Below are positions 8,981 to 16,221 of a stretch of 32,000 bases of DNA, piece after piece. Position numbers and translations under genes: made by a program. Position 1 is the first letter of the stretch; each line of letters begins with the position of its first letter. The notes beneath the pieces were generated by a model. The model saw only the letters and a list, made by a program, of their open reading frames with translations, was not told where the DNA came from and searched no databases. This DNA is from Corynebacterium amycolatum (lineage in GTDB: Bacteria; Actinomycetota; Actinomycetes; Mycobacteriales; Mycobacteriaceae). The stretch lies in assembly GCF_049243625.1 (NCBI RefSeq), contig NZ_CP046975.1. One strand, given 5' to 3'.

Positions 8981-9017
8981 AAAGAGACGCACACAGAGCT
9001 ACTGCGTGCGTCTCTTT
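8981..9017 (-). terminator. Intrinsic terminator of the DUF5318-PBP-small ORF transcription unit
   Basis: Perfect 12-bp stem, aaagagacgcac (8981-8992) / gtgcgtctcttt (9006-9017), with a 13-nt loop, ~70 nt downstream of the 63-aa ORF on the minus strand. Confidence 0.6.
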
Positions 9018-9085
9018 AAATTGTGAAGTTGTCGCGTGCTTGGTGGGCAGTTAGCGCTCTAACAACTAACTATCAGGCCTGCGTC

Positions 9086-9277
9086 CTACATTGCTGTCGA
9101 GGAAGCATGCGCCAACGCAATAATCACCGGAATGACTGTCGCGAACAGGAAAGCTGCCAGACACAGAACCCAAATGATTGCTGTTTTCCACTTCTGCATG
9201 AAGCCCCAAAAAGCCGTGCCGAACATCAGGAAGCCAATCGCGACGCAGACGATGGTGAAAATCACCCACGTATCCAC
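9086..9277 (-). CDS. Small (63 aa) two-helix membrane protein, translationally coupled to the PBP gene
   Basis: GTG start at 9277..9275 directly abuts the PBP TAA stop (9280..9278). The sequence MDTWVIFTIVCVAIGFLMFGTAFWGFMQKWKTAIIWVLCLAAFLFATVIPVIIALAHA forms two clear hydrophobic helices. I recognise no homology. Confidence 0.5.
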   Translation of the reverse strand: MDTWVIFTIVCVAIGFLMFGTAFWGFMQKWKTAIIWVLCLAAFLFATVIPVIIALAHASSTAM

Positions 9278-11758
9278 TTACTGTCCACCCCCAGAGTTAC
9301 CAGGGTCTCCGCCGCCTTCATTGCCACCACCGAGACCACCGCCCCCTGGAAGCGGGATGGGCAGCAGGTCAGCGATTCCGCCACCGCCACCACCGCCGCC
9401 GTCGCCGCCCGGAAGCGGAAGTGGTGCAGGCTGCTCATTGGAGGACTCAGGGGTCGACTCCTCGGATGACTCCTGTTCGGTGGTCTCCGGGGCATAGTCC
9501 TGGCCATAGTTAGAGTCAGAGGTCGACGGCGCCTGGTACTGCGGTGCACCTGCGACACCGCCGATTGGTTCCGGCTTAGTGAAGTACTCAAAGTCCTCGT
9601 TAGCCAGTGCGTTATCCATGGTGTACTTCCACAAATCACCCGGGGTTTGGGCACCATACATGACTCCACCGTAGGAGTTGTAGAGCGCCGAACCATCGAC
9701 GTTGCCAACCCATACTGCGGTCGACAGCTGCGGGGTCGAACCAATCATCCACGCATCCTTGTTCTGGCCGGTGTCACCCAACTGCGTAGTACCGGTCTTG
9801 GCAGCCGACGGGCGACCACCGCCCAAAGGCTTGTTACTGTAGCCCGCAATGGGCTCCATGGCTGATATCACGTTGGTGGCCACTGCCTTAGAGACTCGAC
9901 GGTCACCCTTGTCGGCATTGGACTCGTAAACGATCTCACCCTTGGAGTTTTCGACCTTCTCTACGAAGTGCGTCTGCTGGTAGACGCCGTCATTAGTCAG
10001 CGTAGCCAGACCAACAGCCATATCCAGCGGACGTGAGAGGTACTGACCCAGGGTGATGCCGTCCTGCGAGTGGCCATTGTCATCCATCAGAGTCTTTTCA
10101 ATACCCGGGATCGACTCGGCCACACCCAGGCGATGAGCCATCTTGGCGGTGTCATCCGGGCCATTCTTCAGGTCACGCTGCAGGCGAATAAACGGGGTGT
10201 TCAGCGACTGCTTCAGGGACTCGTAAATCGGGAGAACACCACCGCCGGCGCCACCGGAGTTGTACAGAGTAGCGTTACCGGACTGGACAGGTGCCGAAGA
10301 GTACTGCGCGGTCAGAGGAATGCCCTGATCAAGCGCTGCTGCCAGCGCAAAGATCTTGAAAGTAGAACCGGTCTGCAGACCGCTGTTCGCGTAGTCCCAA
10401 CCAGTCGGATCATCGCCACCGTAGTAGGCGCGGACAGCACCGGTCTTCGGCTCCACCGAGACGATGGCGGCGCGCAGACCTGTTGACTGGTCGACGTAGT
10501 TCTCCATCGCATCCAGGGCAGCCTGCTGCACCGTCGGGTCAATGGTCGTCGTAATGCGAAGGCCGCCAGTGTTGACCTCCTGCTCGGAGATTCCCTCGCG
10601 CTCCAACTCAGCCAGCACCTGATTCTTAATCATGGCAGCCGGGCCGGGCTCCGGAGCCTGCTTCGGCGCCAACGCCGGATCGATGGTCTCCGGGTACTGC
10701 ATTCCCGCGCGGTCCTGCGGCGAGACGATGTTCATCTCCACCAGGCCATCGAGGACGTAGTTCCAACGCTGCTCCGCCTCTGGACGGTTAGTCCACGGAT
10801 CCAGTGCGGATGGACGCTGAATCGAGGCCGCCAGCACAGCACCCTCTTCGGCATTCAGCTCACCGACTTCCTTACCGAAGTAGGCCTTCGACGCTGCCGC
10901 GATACCGTATGCGTTACGACCAAAGTAAATCGTGTTGAGGTAGGCCTCAAGGATTTCGTCCTTAGTCCACTCCCGCGCCATCTTCGCCGACATCACCAAT
11001 TCCTTGGCCTTACGGGTCAGCGTGCGCTCATTGCCCACCACAGCATTCTTGACGTACTGCTGCGTAATGGTCGATCCGCCACCGGCACTGGAATTACCAG
11101 TCACGACTCCCAGAGCCGCACGGCCATAACCGGTCAGGGAGAAACCCGGGTTGGTATAGAAATCACGATCCTCGGCTGCCAGCACTGCATTGCGTACAGC
11201 ATCCGGCACCTTGTCGATTGTGATGTTGCTTCGGTTACCGCCCTCGGGGACGATGCGCGTGATTTCCTTTTCACCAGTACGGTCATAAATCACCGCAATC
11301 TGGCTATTGGCCAACTCCTCTGGCTCCGGCACGTCCGTTGTCGCATAAGCAACACCGAACACAACTACCGGCAACAGCACGACCAACGCCACGGCTAGAC
11401 CGAGCCACGCTAAAATTCGCCGCTTATTATCAGTCGGCTGTTCTTCCTGTGCCATCGAGCTTTCCTCTTCATGGTCATCTGGTTCATGGTCATCTGGGGC
11501 GTACTGCCCCTTCGCCGGGTCCAGCTCGCTTGCCGACGTCATCTCTGAATCGGTGGCCAGACCCTCGTCATTGCCACCGACCGAAACAGCATCAATGCTG
11601 TCGCTGGAATCGTCGTCAAGCGATGCGTCATCGGAGCGTGCGTGCGTATTGAAGGAATCAGCATCCGGCTGATCCCACCACTCGTCTGATGAATTAGAAC
11701 CCTGGCCCTCGTGAGGGCTGTTAGGACCGCCTGGGCTATCGGGTCGATCATTGCTCAC
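9278..11758 (-). CDS. Class A penicillin-binding protein (bifunctional glycosyltransferase GT51 / transpeptidase; PonA1/MrcB-like)
   Basis: The ORF track gives 9278..11839. I place the start at GTG 11758 (GGGAGAG SD 5 nt upstream; the longer start would overlap the upstream gene). GT51 motifs: AAEDRDFYTNPGFS, GGSTITQQYVKN, RKAKELVMSAKMAREWTKDEILEAYLNTIYFGRNAYG. Transpeptidase motifs: STFK, SLN, KTGTT. One TM helix (ILAWLGLAVALVVLLPVVVFGVAYA), an acidic cytoplasmic N-tail and a Gly/Pro-rich C-tail. Confidence 0.9.
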   Translation of the reverse strand: MSNDRPDSPGGPNSPHEGQGSNSSDEWWDQPDADSFNTHARSDDASLDDDSSDSIDAVSVGGNDEGLATDSEMTSASELDPAKGQYAPDDHEPDDHEEESSMAQEEQPTDNKRRILAWLGLAVALVVLLPVVVFGVAYATTDVPEPEELANSQIAVIYDRTGEKEITRIVPEGGNRSNITIDKVPDAVRNAVLAAEDRDFYTNPGFSLTGYGRAALGVVTGNSSAGGGSTITQQYVKNAVVGNERTLTRKAKELVMSAKMAREWTKDEILEAYLNTIYFGRNAYGIAAASKAYFGKEVGELNAEEGAVLAASIQRPSALDPWTNRPEAEQRWNYVLDGLVEMNIVSPQDRAGMQYPETIDPALAPKQAPEPGPAAMIKNQVLAELEREGISEQEVNTGGLRITTTIDPTVQQAALDAMENYVDQSTGLRAAIVSVEPKTGAVRAYYGGDDPTGWDYANSGLQTGSTFKIFALAAALDQGIPLTAQYSSAPVQSGNATLYNSGGAGGGVLPIYESLKQSLNTPFIRLQRDLKNGPDDTAKMAHRLGVAESIPGIEKTLMDDNGHSQDGITLGQYLSRPLDMAVGLATLTNDGVYQQTHFVEKVENSKGEIVYESNADKGDRRVSKAVATNVISAMEPIAGYSNKPLGGGRPSAAKTGTTQLGDTGQNKDAWMIGSTPQLSTAVWVGNVDGSALYNSYGGVMYGAQTPGDLWKYTMDNALANEDFEYFTKPEPIGGVAGAPQYQAPSTSDSNYGQDYAPETTEQESSEESTPESSNEQPAPLPLPGGDGGGGGGGGIADLLPIPLPGGGGLGGGNEGGGDPGNSGGGQ
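11468..11497. repeat. Perfect 15-bp tandem duplication inside the PBP cytoplasmic tail
   Basis: ttcatggtcatctgg occurs twice back to back (11468-11482 and 11483-11497). It is in frame and encodes PDDHE-PDDHE on the minus strand. Confidence 0.9.
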
Positions 11759-11769
11759 GGGTGCTCTCC

Positions 11770-12141
11770 CTAGTTTTCTGACTCTTCTCGAGCTGCCTGA
11801 AGTGTCCGGGTCAGGAAACTCCACTTGCAGTCGGGGCACACCTCAACTTCTTTGACGGTGCACGAACCATATTCATTAACTATTGCGGATAATTCGTTTT
11901 CAGTACAAGCAGAGCCGGAACGACGGCCCAAGTTTTCTCCGAACACCCAGAATACGAGTCGGAGATGGAATTTGCGACATACTGGGCACTCTTCCTGGGA
12001 CTTTCTGCCGTGAAAACGCGCGGCAGCGACCAGCCGAGCATCGGCATCACAGAGTGATTTCCGTGAAATCTCCCCTACACGCCACTGCTCCAATAACTGC
12101 TTCTTGAGCAAGGAGTGATCAATCTCGCCCTGCCATGTCAT
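11770..12141 (-). CDS. Conserved actinobacterial 4-Cys (zinc-ribbon-like) protein found upstream of ponA1 (Rv0049 / DUF5318-like)
   Basis: 123-124 aa ORF (ATG 12141 or GTG 12144): MTWQGEIDHSLLKKQLLEQWRVGEISRKSLCDADARLVAAARFHG...CPVC...x50...CPDC. The position immediately upstream of the class A PBP (12-nt gap) matches the mycobacterial Rv0049-ponA1 arrangement as I remember it. Confidence 0.7.
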   Translation of the reverse strand: MTWQGEIDHSLLKKQLLEQWRVGEISRKSLCDADARLVAAARFHGRKSQEECPVCRKFHLRLVFWVFGENLGRRSGSACTENELSAIVNEYGSCTVKEVEVCPDCKWSFLTRTLQAAREESEN

Positions 12142-12306
12142 CACGAAGACAGATTAGCAGGCTCGTGCGGGCTGGTTTCACCCCCGCTTTATCGGTAAAC
12201 ACATGCCCCCTCACGGTTCGGGCATCGGCAAAAAACGCATAAAGGTATAACGTCACGCTCGTTACCTCAATGCGCGCGCCCACTCACGGCCGCACCGCTG
12301 GCGCAA

Positions 12307-12371
12307 GGTCCTGGTGCGGGGTTCTGATGCTAGGTCTTGATGCGAGTTCCCGGTGTGAGTTCCCGGCGCGA
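12307..12371. repeat. Five tandem degenerate 13-bp repeats in the ino1 upstream/5' leader region
   Basis: The units are ggtcctggtgcgg, ggttctgatgcta, ggtcttgatgcga, gttcccggtgtga and gttcccggcgcga, starting at 12307, 12320, 12333, 12346 and 12359. Pairwise identity of neighbouring units is 8-11/13. The period is not a multiple of 3. Confidence 0.7.
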
Positions 12372-12413
12372 GGTCAAAGCCTCCGAGCACATAGTTTCAA
12401 GGAGAATTACTAA

Positions 12414-13499
12414 ATGAGTTCAATTCGCGTCGCTATCGTCGGCGTCGGCAACTGCGCCTCTTCCCTGGTGCAGGGTGTCGAGTTCTACCGCGATGCAAAG
12501 CCCGATGAGACCATTCCTGGCCTCATGCACGTCGTCTTCGGCGACTACCACGTCTCCGATGTCGAGTTCGTCGCAGCTTTCGACGTTGACGACAAGAAGG
12601 TCGGCAAGGACCTCTCCGAGGCCATTGTTTCCTCCGAAAACTGCACCATCAAGATTGCCGATGTCCCGACTCTCGGCGTTGAGGTTCAGCGCGGCCCGAC
12701 CCTGGACGGCGTTGGCAAGTACTACGCGGACACCATCGACGAATCCCCGGCTGAACCGGTCGACGTAGTTCAGGCGCTGAAGGACGCCAAGGTCGATGTC
12801 CTGGTCTCCTACCTGCCGGTCGGTTCCGAGCAGGCCGACAAGTTCTACGCACAGTGTGCCATTGACGCTGGTGTGGCCTTCGTCAACGCCCTGCCGGTCT
12901 TCATCGCATCCGACCCGGAGTGGGCCAAGAAGTTCGAAGACGCGGGCGTTCCGATTGTCGGCGACGATATCAAGAGCCAGGTCGGCGCAACCATCACCCA
13001 CCGCGTCATGGCCAAGCTGTTTGAAGACCGCGGTGTTCGCCTCGAGCGCACCCTGCAGCTCAACGTCGGCGGCAACATGGACTTCAAGAACATGCTCGAG
13101 CGCGACCGCCTCGAGTCCAAGAAGATCTCCAAGACCCAGGCTGTCACCTCCAACCTCACCGGTCCGCTGGCCGGCAAGATCGATGACCGCAACGTCCACA
13201 TCGGCCCGTCGGACTGGGTGGACTGGCTGGATGACCGCAAGTGGGCCTACGTCCGACTCGAGGGCAAGGCCTTCGGCGAGGTGCCGCTGAACCTTGAGTA
13301 CAAGCTCGAGGTCTGGGACTCCCCGAACTCCGCCGGCATCATCATCGATGCTGTTCGCGCGGCCAAAATCGCCAAGGATCGCGGCATCGGCGGCCCGGTT
13401 TACGCCGCTTCTTCCTACCTGATGAAGTCCCCGCCGAAGCAGCTTGCCGACGATGTTGCGCGAGCACAGCTCGAAGCATTTATTAAGGGCGAAGACTAA
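12414..13499 (+). CDS. ino1: Inositol-3-phosphate synthase (myo-inositol-1-phosphate synthase)
   Basis: 361-aa ORF: [28 protein letters not shown]..., [44 protein letters not shown], and the actinobacterial Ino1 C-terminal block [33 protein letters not shown] 9 nt upstream. Confidence 0.95.
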   Translation: MSSIRVAIVGVGNCASSLVQGVEFYRDAKPDETIPGLMHVVFGDYHVSDVEFVAAFDVDDKKVGKDLSEAIVSSENCTIKIADVPTLGVEVQRGPTLDGVGKYYADTIDESPAEPVDVVQALKDAKVDVLVSYLPVGSEQADKFYAQCAIDAGVAFVNALPVFIASDPEWAKKFEDAGVPIVGDDIKSQVGATITHRVMAKLFEDRGVRLERTLQLNVGGNMDFKNMLERDRLESKKISKTQAVTSNLTGPLAGKIDDRNVHIGPSDWVDWLDDRKWAYVRLEGKAFGEVPLNLEYKLEVWDSPNSAGIIIDAVRAAKIAKDRGIGGPVYAASSYLMKSPPKQLADDVARAQLEAFIKGED

Positions 13500-13552
13500 A
13501 AGGTACAAGCACTCAAAAGTACAAGCGAGCAGCTCCGAGAGCATGTTCCTTG

Positions 13553-13596
13553 AAAAGCGCCAGCCGGTTACCCATGCAGTAGCCGCTGGCGCTTTT
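13553..13596 (+). terminator. Rho-independent terminator of ino1
   Basis: 12-bp stem, aaaagcgccagc (13553-13564) / gctggcgctttt (13585-13596), ending in a T-run, ~55 nt after the ino1 stop. Confidence 0.75.
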
Positions 13597-14021
13597 GTGC
13601 TCCTCTATCCCCTATCCTCCCCGTTTCCTTCCACGCCCTCCTCGCCCTACTCGCTGCTGCGCCCACCTCGTCCCTGCCATGGATGCGTGCGCTGCAGTCG
13701 TCGTAAAGCTGACAGCAATACATCCGAGAGGATTGATTCGCGAGATATATCGCAAGCCGAAAGTATTCGCGAGAGTAGCCGGATGGCTACCTCCAAGCCA
13801 ACGTTCTAAGTACAGAAGAAGTGACACTTTAGGGGGTTTCTGCCAGCGCCGAAAAAACCTTATACGCAGATAGGTTTAATGCTTTGTACTGGGGTTTTAG
13901 ATGATCGATGGAGGATTCCTAATGATTTCATTGCCGAAATCACCAGTTGTAGAAAAATAAATAGCACCCCAAATAAATTTCGTATTGGCAACTAGCGCTG
14001 TTCGCATATAACATCGTCGCT

Positions 14022-14513
14022 ATGACATTATCTTCGGGCTCGATTGGCAATCCTAATGCCGTTACTCCTCTGTCGCTCGCTAAGCGCATTCGCCCTCTCC
14101 TGACTCGCGCTGAGCTGCTCTACAGCCGCCGCTCCTCGGAGTCCCAGCTCAGTCGTGCGCAGCTGTCCATCATGATGACCCTGGAGGCACTGGGCGCCTG
14201 CCGTATCAGCCAGTTGGCTGAGGCCGAGGCCATCCGCATGCCCACCGCCTCCAACGCCGTGCACCACTTGGAGGTCGCCGGCATGGTGGAGCGCGTCCGC
14301 GACAGCAAAGACCGCCGTGGCGTCCGCGTTGAACTGACCGACCGTGGCCGTGAAGAACTGCACCGTGTTTCTGAAGAGCGCAATCAGCAGATGGCTGAAA
14401 TGTTCAGCACGCTGACCCAGGAAGAGCTGGAATTTGGCGCTGGTCTTGAGACGATTCTGTCCAAGATTCTCGAAAACTACCCGGAGCATCCAAAGACAAA
14501 CCCAAGCGTCTAG
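14022..14513 (+). CDS. MarR family transcriptional regulator (position and partner gene resemble C. glutamicum MalR-UspA)
   Basis: 163-aa ORF with a winged-HTH region: LSRAQLSIMMTLEALGACRISQLAEAEAIRMPTASNAVHHLEVAGMVERVRDSKDRRGVRVELTDRGREEL. Confidence 0.88.
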   Translation: MTLSSGSIGNPNAVTPLSLAKRIRPLLTRAELLYSRRSSESQLSRAQLSIMMTLEALGACRISQLAEAEAIRMPTASNAVHHLEVAGMVERVRDSKDRRGVRVELTDRGREELHRVSEERNQQMAEMFSTLTQEELEFGAGLETILSKILENYPEHPKTNPSV

Positions 14514-14672
14514 TCTCTTTTTCAGCTTAGCCCTGCCCTCTTTAAGCCCACAGGCAGGGTACATAGCTTTTACACGTCATCAGTGCCGTTTTATATATGC
14601 CCGCCTATCCACGTAGGCTATTACCCAGAAGCACCACTTGGATATTTCTGAGTAATCACAGGAGGATTAGCG

Positions 14673-15605
14673 ATGGCTTCCCGCCCGCTTCGTATCATGA
14701 TTGCGTGGCGTCCAGGCGAGTACGGCACCGAAACGCTTGCTTACGCCGCTTGGTTAGCTCGCACCACGAAGGTGCAGATTCGCATCGTCAGCGCACTGTC
14801 GCGCGGCTGGCCGCTGACCTCACTGGCTCGGCTGAGCACCAATGACTCCTGGGTTGCCCACGAAACCGAGTCTCTTGAAAAAATCATCAAGGATGAGCTA
14901 AAGCTCGCTGGCCTGCGCAAGGGCATGCTTGACGACGATGCCGTGCGGATCATCGAATCCTCCAGCGAATCTACAACTATCTGCAACGAGGCCGAAGAAT
15001 TCGAAGCTGATATGGTTCTGCTTGGCACGCGCCGAAGCAATACCAAGGACTGGGCCGCCAAGAACCGCAGTCGCTTTACCGCGGGGTCGACTTCGGATGC
15101 GCTGCTGCACTACTCGCCAACTCCACTGGGGCTGGCTATCCCCGGCGCGAAACTTTCTAAGCATGGTGTGACCCGTGTCAGCATTTGTTACATTGACACT
15201 CCGCAGTCGCACCACGCATTGAATAAGGCTGCTGACCTGGCACACCGTTGGGAAGTTCCCCTGCGTCTGGTCTCGTTTACGCCCCGCGGTGCGACCATGT
15301 ACCCGACGGAGAACGGCTACGGCCCCTCCTCGGACCTGATGATTGAGTGGCGCGAGCAGGCGATGGGGCTGCTCGACCGCGGTACCGACCGCGCGCATAC
15401 CCGTTACCCAGATCTGTCCATCGATGCGGACGTGGCCTCCGGCAACGGTTGGGAAGAGGCCATTCAGTCCATCAAATGGAAGAAGGGGGACTTGCTCGTT
15501 TTGGGTTCGTCTACTCTTGGCCCATTCGGACGAATCTTCATCGGATCGTCGACTAACCACATCGTTCGCCACAGCCCGGTGCCAATGCTGATTACTCCGG
15601 CCTAG
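14673..15605 (+). CDS. Universal stress protein, tandem Usp domains
   Basis: 310-aa ORF with two Usp-like halves. The C-terminal signature is DLLVLGSSTLGPFGRIFIGSSTNHIVRHSPVPMLITP; the first half ends ADMVLLGTRRS. AGGAGG SD 7 nt upstream. Confidence 0.85.
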   Translation: MASRPLRIMIAWRPGEYGTETLAYAAWLARTTKVQIRIVSALSRGWPLTSLARLSTNDSWVAHETESLEKIIKDELKLAGLRKGMLDDDAVRIIESSSESTTICNEAEEFEADMVLLGTRRSNTKDWAAKNRSRFTAGSTSDALLHYSPTPLGLAIPGAKLSKHGVTRVSICYIDTPQSHHALNKAADLAHRWEVPLRLVSFTPRGATMYPTENGYGPSSDLMIEWREQAMGLLDRGTDRAHTRYPDLSIDADVASGNGWEEAIQSIKWKKGDLLVLGSSTLGPFGRIFIGSSTNHIVRHSPVPMLITPA

Positions 15606-15648
15606 TATGGCAAGCACATCAGAAGGGATTTAGAGGCGAGGGGAGCAG

Positions 15649-16065
15649 ATGGTGGATAACGCACCGGGGCACAGTAAACCGGAGCGCAGCGAGGATGAAA
15701 TCTTCGACGAGCTTGAGCGCAAGATGTATTCCGGCAGGCGCGCCTACATCTACACCGCGGGTGTGATTCTTACTACGCTGCTCGCGGGCCTCATTATCGG
15801 CATCGCTGGCGCGATTGTCGGTGGCCCCACCTGTGATGCGGATAAGTCCAGCTTCCTCTGCTCCCGCACGTGGGAGATTCTTTTTCCCGTTGTTCCAGGC
15901 GTAATCTCCCTGGTTGGCTGCCTTTTTGGTTTCTGGCAGACCTACGTGGAGTGGAAGAACTTCCGCAACTGGCGCCCGTGGCTCGCCATGTGCTGGGTGC
16001 TCATGCCCTTCACTTTGATGTGGATGCTCTCCACATTCGGCGTCCTGATTCTGGGCGTTAAGTAG
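15649..16065 (+). CDS. Hypothetical membrane protein (3 predicted TM helices)
   Basis: 138-aa ORF with a charged N-terminus and then three hydrophobic segments (YIYTAGVILTTLLAGLIIGIAGAIVGG; ILFPVVPGVISLVGCLFGFW; LAMCWVLMPFTLMWMLSTFGVLILGV). GC-rich third codon positions. No family recognised. Confidence 0.55.
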   Translation: MVDNAPGHSKPERSEDEIFDELERKMYSGRRAYIYTAGVILTTLLAGLIIGIAGAIVGGPTCDADKSSFLCSRTWEILFPVVPGVISLVGCLFGFWQTYVEWKNFRNWRPWLAMCWVLMPFTLMWMLSTFGVLILGVK

Positions 16066-16126
16066 GGGTAAGAGGCGGCCAGCCTCGACGCCACCCTCTT
16101 GAGGTTTTTGCGAGAACGCCTCAAGC

Positions 16127-16200
16127 GAGAAAGTGTCTGGGCTTATGGCAAATTTGAGCCGATTTTAGGCCTTAAACTGCCATAACCCCAGACACTTTCT
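16127..16200. repeat. Long inverted repeat (23-24 bp arms, 1 mismatch, 27-nt spacer) between convergent genes; likely bidirectional terminator
   Basis: The left arm is gagaaagtgtctgggcttatggca (16127-16150). The right arm is tgccataaccccagacactttct (16178-16200). It lies between the membrane-protein stop (16065) and the leuS stop (16222). Confidence 0.6.
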
Positions 16201-16221
16201 TGTACGCACTGGCCTCCCTGG

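Noticed and set aside
12307-12371. Reading the tandem 13-mers as a mini CRISPR array or as a coding repeat.
   Set aside because: The units are contiguous with no spacers and far too short for CRISPR repeats. A 13-nt period cannot maintain a reading frame.
12420-13544. 374-aa ORF antisense to ino1. Similar long antisense ORFs lie opposite leuS (16462..18927, 821 aa), cca (24848..25942, 364 aa), dnaB (5256..6188), usp (14898..15617) and ssb (7916..8581).
   Set aside because: They are typical high-GC shadow ORFs. Their products are R/A/G/V/L-rich with no motifs. In each case the opposite strand encodes an unmistakable conserved protein with GC-rich third codon positions.
13444-13873. ORFs of 121, 92 and 71 aa in the ino1-marR gap.
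   Set aside because: They overlap the ino1 3' end and terminator. Their products are P/R/S-rich or Cys-rich without motifs, they have no SD, and codon third-position bias is poor. The region is treated as non-coding.
14600-14625. A DnaA-box-like CTATCCACG inside gcctatccacgtaggc, upstream of the usp gene.
   Set aside because: It is a single site with two mismatches. It is also explained as a small 5-bp-stem palindrome and is not part of a cluster.
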